A DNA stretch of 41,364 nt, from NCBI GenBank assembly GCA_964434475.1, contig CAYSVS010000006.1:1-41364 (forward strand), in the 5' to 3' direction. Of this stretch, positions 20,175 through 28,270 are shown one piece after another. This DNA comes from an uncultured Methanosarcinales archaeon. GTDB taxonomy: Archaea; Nanobdellota; Nanobdellia; Woesearchaeales; CAYSVS01. The position numbers and the translations under genes were made by a program. Position 1 is the stretch's first letter. The number at the start of each line of letters is the position of its first letter. The notes below the pieces were generated by a model that did not search any database, was not told where the DNA came from, and saw only the letters and a list, made by a program, of their open reading frames with translations.

Positions 20175-21479
20175 ATGTTTAATATTTTTCAACCCCGTAA
20201 GAAAGCTCAGATGAGCATTCAGTTTAATTGGATCAACTGGTTACGCTCAGTTGGCACGCAAGGCGGGTCTCGCTCTGCTCAAGCCCGTAAGAAAGCTCAG
20301 ATGAGCACTCAGTTTAATTGGATCAACTGGTTACGCTCAGTTGGCACGCAAGGCGGATCTCGCTCTGCTCAAGCCCGTAAGAAAGCTCAGATGAGCATTC
20401 AGTTTAATTGGATATTTGTATTGATAGCTGGTGGAATAATACTTATGTTCTTTGTTGGTGTTGTTATGAAACAGAAAGGAGTGAGTGAGCAAAACTTGGC
20501 AGCAACCATAGTAACAGATCTTGACGCTATATTTACTGGTGCAGAAGTGTCTGCTGGTACAGCTACATTGATAGACATGCCTAAAACTGAGATTGAAGTA
20601 GCATGCGACGGATTTTCTATATCTGGTGTTAAAAGAAGTTTAGAAGGGAACATAATATTCGCGCCAAGCTCTCTTGAAGGAAGAAATCTGATAACTTGGT
20701 CGCAGGAATGGAACATACCCTATAAAGTCACTAATTTTCTTTATCTAACAACTGATGATATAAGATATATTTTTGTATGTTCTGGAAATAGTGATTGCGA
20801 AGATGCTGTTGAATTGTCTGAAGAACTGCCTGATGAGATGAAAAAAGAAGTATGTGCTTCTGGCGGTTATAAAGGAAATTCATATACTTCTCAAGGATGT
20901 GTTGTGAACACTCTAAAAGAAGAAAACAACTACAAAACCAAATTGATTTTTGTAGGTAATTCTGTTTCTGTTCAGTTTCCACTTGATTTTAAAAGAGAGG
21001 ATGTGAGCGCGATACGCATCAAAGATTTAGATTCCATTTCTCCTCAAACCAATATCGAGTTTTATGAAAAATCTGGATCTAGTTTTAGTATGATTCCTGT
21101 TAACTCTATCCATACTACACTAACCTCTCCAGAAACAATCTATGCTGCAATATTTGCAGAGACTCCTGAACTATACGAATGCATGATGAGAAGAGCTTTT
21201 GAAAAGCTAGAGATCATGTCAGAATTATATATGGAAAGAGCAGATACTGTAATGAGCAATTCTGGAACTAGATGTCGATTTTCATTCGATAAATCCAACT
21301 TTAAAAATATAATAAAAGAAGCAGGAGAATGTACAGACACATTTCCTTCAACAATTACTGGTACAGGATGCGATTCAACATCAATAAGAACAATAATAAA
21401 CAAAGCTTTCAAGGATACTGACTCTATAGAGAGCATGAACAAAAAATTGCAAAGGAACTCTTGTCCTTTGATATATTAA
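20175..21479 (+). CDS. Pilin-like protein with triplicated class III cleavage motif
   Basis: RKKAQMS(I/T)QFNWI occurs 3 times; only the third is followed by the hydrophobic helix FVLIAGGIILMFFVGVVM. Start is 20175 (GGTGA upstream) or 20160. Confidence 0.8.
   Translation: MFNIFQPRKKAQMSIQFNWINWLRSVGTQGGSRSAQARKKAQMSTQFNWINWLRSVGTQGGSRSAQARKKAQMSIQFNWIFVLIAGGIILMFFVGVVMKQKGVSEQNLAATIVTDLDAIFTGAEVSAGTATLIDMPKTEIEVACDGFSISGVKRSLEGNIIFAPSSLEGRNLITWSQEWNIPYKVTNFLYLTTDDIRYIFVCSGNSDCEDAVELSEELPDEMKKEVCASGGYKGNSYTSQGCVVNTLKEENNYKTKLIFVGNSVSVQFPLDFKREDVSAIRIKDLDSISPQTNIEFYEKSGSSFSMIPVNSIHTTLTSPETIYAAIFAETPELYECMMRRAFEKLEIMSELYMERADTVMSNSGTRCRFSFDKSNFKNIIKEAGECTDTFPSTITGTGCDSTSIRTIINKAFKDTDSIESMNKKLQRNSCPLIY
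20194..20413 (+). repeat. 90-bp tandem repeat (A-B-A-B-A; A = 40 bp, B = 50 bp GC-rich palindromic)
   Basis: A at 20194, 20284, 20374; B at 20234, 20324; one substitution among the A copies and one between the B copies. Confidence 0.95.
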
Positions 21480-21486
21480 TATTAAA

Positions 21487-21987
21487 ATGAAACTACACAA
21501 AATAAAAAAAGCACAATTACAGATGGCAGAGAATATCGGCATTCTGATAGTCTTTTTCATATTGCTTATTTTTGGGCTTATATTTTATGTTGGGATACAG
21601 AAGACAACATATCAATCAAGATCAGAAGAAGCATCGCAATTACAGACAATATCTGTGAGTCAGAAAGCATTGTATCTGCCAGAGTTTGCCTGCACAAAAG
21701 GGTTTAATGTTATAGAGGACCATTGCTTTGATAAAGCGAAATTAAATGCTTTTGTTGATTTCGCAAACAATAATAAAAATTTGATCAACACATTATATTA
21801 CGACTACTTCAAAGAAAGCAAAATACATATACAAGAACTGCTTCCTGGAAACGATGAATGGACAGTGTACAACCGTACAAATCCTGACTTGTCTATGTAT
21901 TCAACACAATTACCTATATCTTTATATGACCCTGCAAAGGAAGAGTATTCTTTTGCGATACTATATGCGGATGTGTATGCAAAATGA
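21487..21987 (+). CDS. Class III signal peptide pilin-like protein
   Basis: KIKKA/QLQMAENIGILIVFFILLIFGLIFY. Confidence 0.8.
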   Translation: MKLHKIKKAQLQMAENIGILIVFFILLIFGLIFYVGIQKTTYQSRSEEASQLQTISVSQKALYLPEFACTKGFNVIEDHCFDKAKLNAFVDFANNNKNLINTLYYDYFKESKIHIQELLPGNDEWTVYNRTNPDLSMYSTQLPISLYDPAKEEYSFAILYADVYAK

Positions 21988-22517
21988 AAATTTCCAAAAA
22001 AGCGCAGATGGAGATAATGGGATTGGCGATAATCGTATTGCTATTATCTTTTGGTATGCTTTTGGTGTTCAGGTTTGTATTGCTCAAGCCAGCAGAACAA
22101 CCAAGAGAAACTTTTACAGAAACACAGATGGCAAGCAATATATTGAGTTCAATCTTAAGGACTTCGTCAGGCTGCAGAAGTACTGATATGACTGAACTAT
22201 TACAGGACTGCGCTACTACTCCAATAATATTGTGTCAACAATCAGACGCGCATACAAATATACAGCAATATTTCACTTCACATTTTTCTGAGGTAAATTC
22301 TTGCGAATATGCCGAAGCATCATTAAAGTATATATTCAATCAAACTTTTGAGGAATGGAAACAAAAGTATAATTTTATCGCTTATCTTGATGATATCAAT
22401 AATCCTATAATGCAGTTGAATAATAGTATTTGCATCGGAGAAAAACAGGTAAAAGAATTTCCTATACCTACAACAAGCGGCAGGACTTTATTTGTAAGGT
22501 TTGAGATATGCTCTTGA
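21984..22517 (+). CDS. Class III signal peptide pilin-like protein
   Basis: MKISKKA/QMEIMGLAIIVLLLSFGMLLVF; ATGA overlap with previous gene. Confidence 0.8.
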   Translation: MKISKKAQMEIMGLAIIVLLLSFGMLLVFRFVLLKPAEQPRETFTETQMASNILSSILRTSSGCRSTDMTELLQDCATTPIILCQQSDAHTNIQQYFTSHFSEVNSCEYAEASLKYIFNQTFEEWKQKYNFIAYLDDINNPIMQLNNSICIGEKQVKEFPIPTTSGRTLFVRFEICS

Positions 22518-22553
22518 TTTTTATGCTTATTTCTAAAAATAACAATATTTTAT

Positions 22554-22568
22554 CGCAAAGTTTATAAA
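22554..22568 (+). promoter_or_regulatory. Internal BRE + TATA promoter
   Basis: CGCAAAG-TTTATAAA, same layout as 3078-3092; GAGGTG SD at 22614-22619. Confidence 0.65.
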
Positions 22569-22625
22569 GCATTTTTGTTAAATAATCTGTTAATACATAA
22601 AATCAAAAAATTCGAGGTGAATTTA

Positions 22626-22898
22626 ATGGACAAAAAAGCACAGGGAATATCTTTGAATGTTATCATTATTGCAGCAATAGGTCTTGTTGTTTTGGTATTG
22701 CTAGTTGCAATTTTTACAGGCAGGATAAATATCTTTGGTAAAGGTGTTGGCGAAGCAGAAGAGGCAGGAACAAGCAACGTATGCTTTGGAGCGAATCATG
22801 TATGCCAAGCAGAGCAGCCAGACGGCTATACAGAACTACCAGAACCAGCAGGCGGATGGGTAGATTGTACATCGACGTGTTGGGAAGCAGAGGAATAG
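22626..22898 (+). CDS. Small pilin-like protein (90 aa), candidate major pilin
   Basis: MDKKA/QGISLNVIIIAAIGLVVLVLLVAIF; strong SD fixes the start at 22626; four Cys in the head. Confidence 0.8.
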   Translation: MDKKAQGISLNVIIIAAIGLVVLVLLVAIFTGRINIFGKGVGEAEEAGTSNVCFGANHVCQAEQPDGYTELPEPAGGWVDCTSTCWEAEE

Positions 22899-22925
22899 AA
22901 TTTATTTTTTTCTTATTTTGTTAAG

Positions 22926-23183
22926 ATGATAATCAAAACAAAAAAAGCACAAGGGTTGCCTTTTAATGTTATAATCATAGCAGCTATAGCTGTGGTTGTG
23001 TTGATAATAGTAATAGCTATTTTCAGAGGAAAGACAACAGACATAAGCCAAGATATGTCGAGCTGTTATGCTAAAGGTGGAGTCTGCGTCAGCTTAGATG
23101 ATTATGCAGAAAAGTGTCAACAGGAAATTCCTAATGCAGAATGTCCTGAAGGACAAGTATGTTGTATAAGTTTGGTTTCTTGA
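22926..23183 (+). CDS. Small pilin-like protein (85 aa), paralogue of the previous gene, 6-Cys head
   Basis: KTKKA/QGLPFNVIIIAAIAVVVLIIVIAIF; C-x6-C-x9-C-x8-C-x5-CC. Confidence 0.8.
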   Translation: MIIKTKKAQGLPFNVIIIAAIAVVVLIIVIAIFRGKTTDISQDMSSCYAKGGVCVSLDDYAEKCQQEIPNAECPEGQVCCISLVS

Positions 23184-23239
23184 CGTATGTTTTATTGTTT
23201 TTGTATATTATATCTTTTGTATCTTATGATGCTTTCTAC

Positions 23240-23256
23240 CGAAAAGCTTTTATATA
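23240..23256 (+). promoter_or_regulatory. BRE + TATA, probably leaderless transcript starting near ATG 23278
   Basis: CGAAAAGC-TTTTATATA ending ~21 nt before ATG 23278. Confidence 0.6.
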
Positions 23257-23277
23257 GAATTTATACTATATTGTCTT

Positions 23278-23421
23278 ATGTTTAATATTATTAATATGAA
23301 TAAAAGAGGTCAGATAGAAGGTTATTCTACTATGCTTAAGATTGTTATGTGGTTTATTATAGGCTTAGTATTTTTTCTTGTTGTGAATACGATGCGTAAA
23401 AATATCTTGATGGGTGGATGA
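23278..23421 (+). CDS. Mini-pilin (47 aa; not in ORF track)
   Basis: Hand translation MFNIINMNKRG/QIEGYSTMLKIVMWFIIGLVFFLVVNTMRKNILMGG*; alternative start 23296. Confidence 0.7.
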   Translation: MFNIINMNKRGQIEGYSTMLKIVMWFIIGLVFFLVVNTMRKNILMGG

Positions 23422-23425
23422 TCAT

Positions 23426-24550
23426 ATGAAACTTTTAACCAACAAAAAAGCAATAGGTATGAATGCTGTAATTCTTATTGTGCTTGCTTTAGCTGGATTT
23501 CTGATAATAGGGCCTTTGCAAGCGAATATAGTGAAAAAAGGTGAAAGCATGTATTATGAAGAACTTTGCAGATCTACTTTAGCGCAAGCTAACGAGATGG
23601 CTATTGCAGGCTCTCAACCTATTTTTCAGCATAAATGTATAACTAGAAGTGTAGATTTGCCTTTAAAGAAAGGCAATAACGATAAGCAAGATATAAAAAA
23701 AGATATTGCAGATCTTATATCTAAATGTTGGTATAGCCATCTTGAGGGGCAGATAAGTGATGACCTGCTTGGCTGGGGCTGGTGGAAAAATAATTGCGAT
23801 GTTTGTTATCAATTTACTATAACTGATCTTGAAGATGGAAAAAAAGATATTGATTCTTTTCCTTTGGTTGAAGAACTGGAATTTCTTATAGATGAAGTTA
23901 AGCAAGTAAATGCAGAATCAGACGGCTGTAACTTAGGCGGAGGGTTTTGTACAGGACACAGCAAGATAGGTTCAAAAGAAGAGTGTGAAGAATTAGAAGG
24001 TTTTACTTATGCAGAAGATTTTGGCACTTGTAGAAAAAAATATGGAGATGCTAATGCTGGATGTTGTTATAGTACATATAATTGTTTGAATAATGGGGGA
24101 GATTGTATAGATATTGAAGAGGAATGCGGAGAAGGTCAAGCGCATTTTTCAAAATGGACCTGTCCAAGAGGAAAGAAATGCTGTGTAGATAAAGGCAATT
24201 ACTATAATTATCTAGATTATGTACAAAAATCAAAAGGTCCTGGAAAGATAATATTTGATAATAGCATAGACGAATTTGTCGAAGACAAGCAAGTATATAC
24301 GATAAGCTTTGTCGCAAACACCGACAGTTTGAATTCTGTGTTTTCTGCATCTGCAGCAGTAGGTGCTGCGACTGCAATGATTTTTGTTCCAGGCGTAGGA
24401 TGGACTGCAGCAGCAGTATATGCAGCAGGAGCTACAGGAACAACAGTAGGTACTGGAGGCTTGATTAATGAAATGGTAGGAGATGATATCAATTATATTT
24501 TAGTCAGCCCTTACCAGGCATTAGAGGGCCAATGTAATATCCAGAATTGA
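23426..24550 (+). CDS. Pilin-like protein with two 6-Cys modules and a C-terminal Gly/Ala hydrophobic segment
   Basis: MKLLTNKKA/IGMNAVILIVLALAGFLII; CxxxGGxC...CC twice; SASAAVGAATAMIFVPGVGWTAAAVYAAGATG. Confidence 0.8.
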   Translation: MKLLTNKKAIGMNAVILIVLALAGFLIIGPLQANIVKKGESMYYEELCRSTLAQANEMAIAGSQPIFQHKCITRSVDLPLKKGNNDKQDIKKDIADLISKCWYSHLEGQISDDLLGWGWWKNNCDVCYQFTITDLEDGKKDIDSFPLVEELEFLIDEVKQVNAESDGCNLGGGFCTGHSKIGSKEECEELEGFTYAEDFGTCRKKYGDANAGCCYSTYNCLNNGGDCIDIEEECGEGQAHFSKWTCPRGKKCCVDKGNYYNYLDYVQKSKGPGKIIFDNSIDEFVEDKQVYTISFVANTDSLNSVFSASAAVGAATAMIFVPGVGWTAAAVYAAGATGTTVGTGGLINEMVGDDINYILVSPYQALEGQCNIQN

Positions 24551-24580
24551 AATCATATGAATTACAAAGAAGGTGTTAAA

Positions 24581-24727
24581 ATGAATAAGAAAGCTCAGAT
24601 GGACGCTTTAGCAAGAAACAAGTTTTTAGTTATACTTTTGTTATTGATTTTCGCAGTTGTTATCATAATATGGATGGCAGGATTAAGGCACGATATGTTA
24701 AATATAATAACAAGGTTTTTTGGATGA
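24581..24727 (+). CDS. Mini-pilin (48 aa; not in ORF track)
   Basis: MNKKA/QMDALARNKFLVILLLLIFAVVIIIWMAGLRHDMLNIITRFFG*; AGGTG SD at 24571; ATGA overlap with the next gene. Confidence 0.75.
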   Translation: MNKKAQMDALARNKFLVILLLLIFAVVIIIWMAGLRHDMLNIITRFFG

Positions 24728-25551
24728 AATATAAAAAATCACAATGGGGAAGCTTAGGAGGCTGGATAATAGGTATGGCGAGTGTGATAATCATATCCTT
24801 GATAGTATGGGGTTTCTTTTTCGGTGGTTTTGGTTTGGGTATGACAAAAGAACAGATTCTTCAAGGACAACTGCCTCAAGAAACCACAGAGATAAAACAG
24901 GAAATTGAAGCGATAAATGAAGAATTGGAAGAAAGCACATCAAGCTTAACATCTGTTTTTAGAGAAGAGTATGAAGGAAGCAATTGCTTTATAGATTATT
25001 CAGATTCAGGTTTAAGCGACTTAAACTCAAACAAGGTTGTATTCAAGAGAAGCTCAAAAGGAACACTATTTTACATAGAGAACGAAGAAGGCCAGCAGAT
25101 ATTGTCTGAAGTCATAGAAGGAATATATCCTTGTGCTGTTTTTGGTAAGAATGGAGAAGGCATTCATGTAAGCGATGTTTTTTATCAAAGGATTTTTTTC
25201 CCGATATATTCAGGCACGCATAATCTGATAAAATATCAGGATTTTGGAACCTCTATATTGTCGCAAAAAGATTATAGTGAATTCGCAGAATTGGCTATAG
25301 TTGAGCACAAAGGCATATTCAAGGAAAAGCAATTGAGAATAAAAGGCAAAAACTATGATATGGAAAACGCATTGATCTATAAAGCTGACGACAGCCACAT
25401 ATGTTTTGTTCCTACAAAGGATTGGGTATTGTGGTTCGGAGGCTGCGGTTCAGATGAATTGGTAGATGATGCATGCTTCAAGAAAGAATTGCCTGATGAA
25501 TTATTCTGTAAGGTGAAGACATATGAAACAAATGATGAACTTATCGCATAG
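24724..25551 (+). CDS. Class III signal peptide pilin-like protein
   Basis: MKYKKS/QWGSLGGWIIGMASVIIISLIVWGFFF; start moved from 24670 to 24724 because of the upstream mini-pilin. Confidence 0.75.
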   Translation: MKYKKSQWGSLGGWIIGMASVIIISLIVWGFFFGGFGLGMTKEQILQGQLPQETTEIKQEIEAINEELEESTSSLTSVFREEYEGSNCFIDYSDSGLSDLNSNKVVFKRSSKGTLFYIENEEGQQILSEVIEGIYPCAVFGKNGEGIHVSDVFYQRIFFPIYSGTHNLIKYQDFGTSILSQKDYSEFAELAIVEHKGIFKEKQLRIKGKNYDMENALIYKADDSHICFVPTKDWVLWFGGCGSDELVDDACFKKELPDELFCKVKTYETNDELIA

Positions 25552-25561
25552 ATCAAAAACG

Positions 25562-25849
25562 ATGAAAAAACATAATACAAAAAACAAGAAAGCGCAGGCT
25601 TTTGAAGTGCTGATAAAAGCACTCATAGTAATTGCTGTAGCTGTAATACTGCTTTTTTTATTCAGGAATTTCTTTACAAAAGAGAAAGAGACAGGAGAGC
25701 AGCATATCGCTGGCTTGACAGGAGATTGGGATAATGACGGAATAAAGGATATTCTAGATAAATGTCCTTGTGATCCTGGAGAAGATACTCCTTGTAAAAC
25801 TCCTGCAAACGAATGTACTGACAAATTAAAACAAGAAAGAGAAATATGA
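25562..25849 (+). CDS. Small pilin-like protein with TSP3-like Ca-binding loop
   Basis: KNKKA/QAFEVLIKALIVIAVAVILLFLF; GDWDNDGIKDILDKCPC. Confidence 0.75.
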   Translation: MKKHNTKNKKAQAFEVLIKALIVIAVAVILLFLFRNFFTKEKETGEQHIAGLTGDWDNDGIKDILDKCPCDPGEDTPCKTPANECTDKLKQEREI

Positions 25850-26448
25850 AAATGAACAAGAAAGCGATGGAGCAGTCTACATTGTATGCTTTGATGGGGC
25901 TTATTTTAGGTGTGATGATATTTGTGCCATTGAGTAAGTGTGCATATGATATGTATTACGGTCAAAGCACGTTTGATGAAAAAGATTCATTCAATATTGT
26001 GATACAAGGTATCAACAAGCTGGATACAGATGAATCAAGACAGTTTGTGCTTGTATTGAACAAAAAATCAGGATTATTTTTTTTCAACAAAGATGCAGAA
26101 AAGATAACGTATGATTTTGAAAGTACGATAGGAACGATAAGAACTTTTGAAGTAGAAAAGCCAAATAATGTAAGATGTTCTGATACTGGCTGTGTATGCT
26201 TGTGCAGTAAATGCTCTTTTATTGAAAGTGATGTAGATAAATTATTCAACCTTAAAGGATCTATGGTTTGTCAAAGCTTTGATGCGGATGAGTTCTATAC
26301 TGATCAGAAAAAATATATGGATATTAAAGGAGGAATAGTTTACGAGAACGGATTGAATTATGCATTCCAATCACAAAAAAGAACTGTTTATGGAGCGATG
26401 CACGATAATTATTTAGGCGTTTGCGACGAGCTGCCTTGTGAAAGATAA
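25846..26448 (+). CDS. Class III signal peptide pilin-like protein
   Basis: MKMNKKA/MEQSTLYALMGLILGVMIFV; CSDTGCVCLCSKC cluster. Confidence 0.75.
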   Translation: MKMNKKAMEQSTLYALMGLILGVMIFVPLSKCAYDMYYGQSTFDEKDSFNIVIQGINKLDTDESRQFVLVLNKKSGLFFFNKDAEKITYDFESTIGTIRTFEVEKPNNVRCSDTGCVCLCSKCSFIESDVDKLFNLKGSMVCQSFDADEFYTDQKKYMDIKGGIVYENGLNYAFQSQKRTVYGAMHDNYLGVCDELPCER

Positions 26449-26458
26449 TCTATATAAT

Positions 26459-27313
26459 ATGAATAAAAAAGCCCAAGGAATAGGATTGGTGCAGAAATAT
26501 CTGCTTGAACTGGTGATAGGAGTAGTTGTTGCCATAATGTTTGTGTATGCTGCAAATTCATTTACTTCCGGCTATGTTGTAGATAAAATATACACTGCAG
26601 AAGATCTGGGAATTTTGGTGGATGCTATGTATTCTTTGCCAGGAGATGGTTTTATAGTATATAACAGCGAATTTACATCTAGTTTTGAAAATGGTGTGGT
26701 GAAAACATACGAATCAAAAGACGATCCTACAACTGCTGAGTATAGTTATGTTCCTATAAAAGGTAATGATATAGAAGCGATAGCCAAAGACAAGATAGTT
26801 ATCCGAAAATTAGGCTTATACATTTCAGTATCTGATAAATTACCTGAAAAATATACTGGAATGATAACCAAACCTTATAATCGAGAAAAAAAGGATGTAG
26901 AAACCATTTTTTTTGTCTATGATGACGAAACAAAAGATTTTATCGATCCCATGGAGTTTGTGTCTGAAAAAGCAGAATCTACAGCTTTTCCTAAAAAGCA
27001 GGATGATTCATTGTATCTTCTTTTTGAGCTTGATAAGGATAATCCGCATAGTTTAAAGATTTATTATTCTTCAAGAAAAGACGAGGAATTAATAGCTTCA
27101 AACTTGGGTTTTGCCAGGACGATAAACTACGAGCTTTCTGAAAACGATATATTCAAAGCAGAGATACCTCTGATCGCACTAGACGACAATACTTATCTTA
27201 ATGAATTTGAAAACGCAATAATTTTAGAGATAGGCAGCAGTTATCTGTCTGATGCTGAAAAGGACATACGCCAAAGCATATCGCAAAGCATAGAGGATTA
27301 TTATGATGTCTAA
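26459..27313 (+). CDS. Pilin-like protein with possible degenerate N-acetylmuramoyl-L-alanine amidase-like C-terminal domain
   Basis: MNKKA/QGIGLVQKYLLELVIGVVVAIMFV; C-terminal LKIYYSS..FARTINYEL..NAIILEIG..IRQSISQSIEDYY. Confidence 0.7.
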   Translation: MNKKAQGIGLVQKYLLELVIGVVVAIMFVYAANSFTSGYVVDKIYTAEDLGILVDAMYSLPGDGFIVYNSEFTSSFENGVVKTYESKDDPTTAEYSYVPIKGNDIEAIAKDKIVIRKLGLYISVSDKLPEKYTGMITKPYNREKKDVETIFFVYDDETKDFIDPMEFVSEKAESTAFPKKQDDSLYLLFELDKDNPHSLKIYYSSRKDEELIASNLGFARTINYELSENDIFKAEIPLIALDDNTYLNEFENAIILEIGSSYLSDAEKDIRQSISQSIEDYYDV

Positions 27314-27755
27314 AAAATCTCAGTTTATCTCAACTTTAGAATCTATCCAGATGATATTCAAAATATTTTTTATAGGTGTGCTTATGGTGTCTTTTATGAT
27401 AGTTGCAGGAAGATATCTTGGAGAACTTAAAAAAGTACCCAATACTTTGCCTAATCTGGTATATACTGAAAGATTTATTTCCTCTCCTGATTGTTTTGCA
27501 GTGTATGATGTTTTGGTGGAAAGAGCATATCCTACTCATATAGATGTGGATAAGTTTAACGATGAGCAATTGGCATATTGTTATAATGTAAGCGACTCCA
27601 GATTAAGAGCATTTAGATTGACTCTTAAATACGGCGACAATGAAAAAACCATACAAACAACTAACTGGAACGGACTTCCTACTTCGACATTTTCAAGAAT
27701 AGTGTTTGTTAACAATAAAAAATCAGAATTATATGTGGAGGTAAACAACGAATGA
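27303..27755 (+). CDS. Class III signal peptide pilin-like protein
   Basis: MMSKKS/QFISTLESIQMIFKIFFIGVLMVSFMIV. Confidence 0.75.
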   Translation: MMSKKSQFISTLESIQMIFKIFFIGVLMVSFMIVAGRYLGELKKVPNTLPNLVYTERFISSPDCFAVYDVLVERAYPTHIDVDKFNDEQLAYCYNVSDSRLRAFRLTLKYGDNEKTIQTTNWNGLPTSTFSRIVFVNNKKSELYVEVNNE

Positions 27756-28270
27756 GTTCAATATTTTCCACAAGGATGAAGAAAAAAGCGATAATGCAGG
27801 ACGTTATAGAGTTTGCTTTTGCATTCGGCTTTATATTTATAATAGGTATAGCTTTTGTATCATGCCAAGAGATGAAATCATCTGCTGTTGAAGAGGATAT
27901 ATCTGTATTTGAATCAAATTTGGAGTATAAACATATGTTTAGAGGATTTTTAGGCACGGATTATGATAAAGGCAATGTTGCTGATTTATTAGTGAAAAGT
28001 GTAGAGCTAGAAAATTATTCTGATTTTGATTCAAAAGCTAATGAATTTTTTTTAGGTACAAAAGCAGAATCAGGAAGGAAGGACTGGCAGATCAATATAT
28101 ATGTTGATGATGAAAGAAAACATATGACAAATTATCATGTTCTGCAGACATGCAAAGAAATGAATAAGGTGTCTGATGTCCTGCTGCCTGCAAAAGACAT
28201 GAATAAACAAATATCATTAAGATTTTTTGTTAAGGAAGAATGCGAAGGAAAAGATATTTTAAAAAGATAG
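27752..28270 (+). CDS. Class III signal peptide pilin-like protein
   Basis: RMKKKA/IMQDVIEFAFAFGFIFIIGIAFV; GGAGGT SD; ATGA overlap. Confidence 0.75.
   Translation: MSSIFSTRMKKKAIMQDVIEFAFAFGFIFIIGIAFVSCQEMKSSAVEEDISVFESNLEYKHMFRGFLGTDYDKGNVADLLVKSVELENYSDFDSKANEFFLGTKAESGRKDWQINIYVDDERKHMTNYHVLQTCKEMNKVSDVLLPAKDMNKQISLRFFVKEECEGKDILKR

Noticed and set aside
20194..20413. CRISPR mini-array (40-bp repeats, 50-bp spacers)
   Set aside because: Spacers are near-identical, the array is in frame inside a gene, and no cas genes are present.
24670..24723. N-terminal extensions in the ORF track (also 22575, 23414, 25523, 26438, 32709)
   Set aside because: SD sites, gene overlaps and short class III leaders support downstream ATGs.
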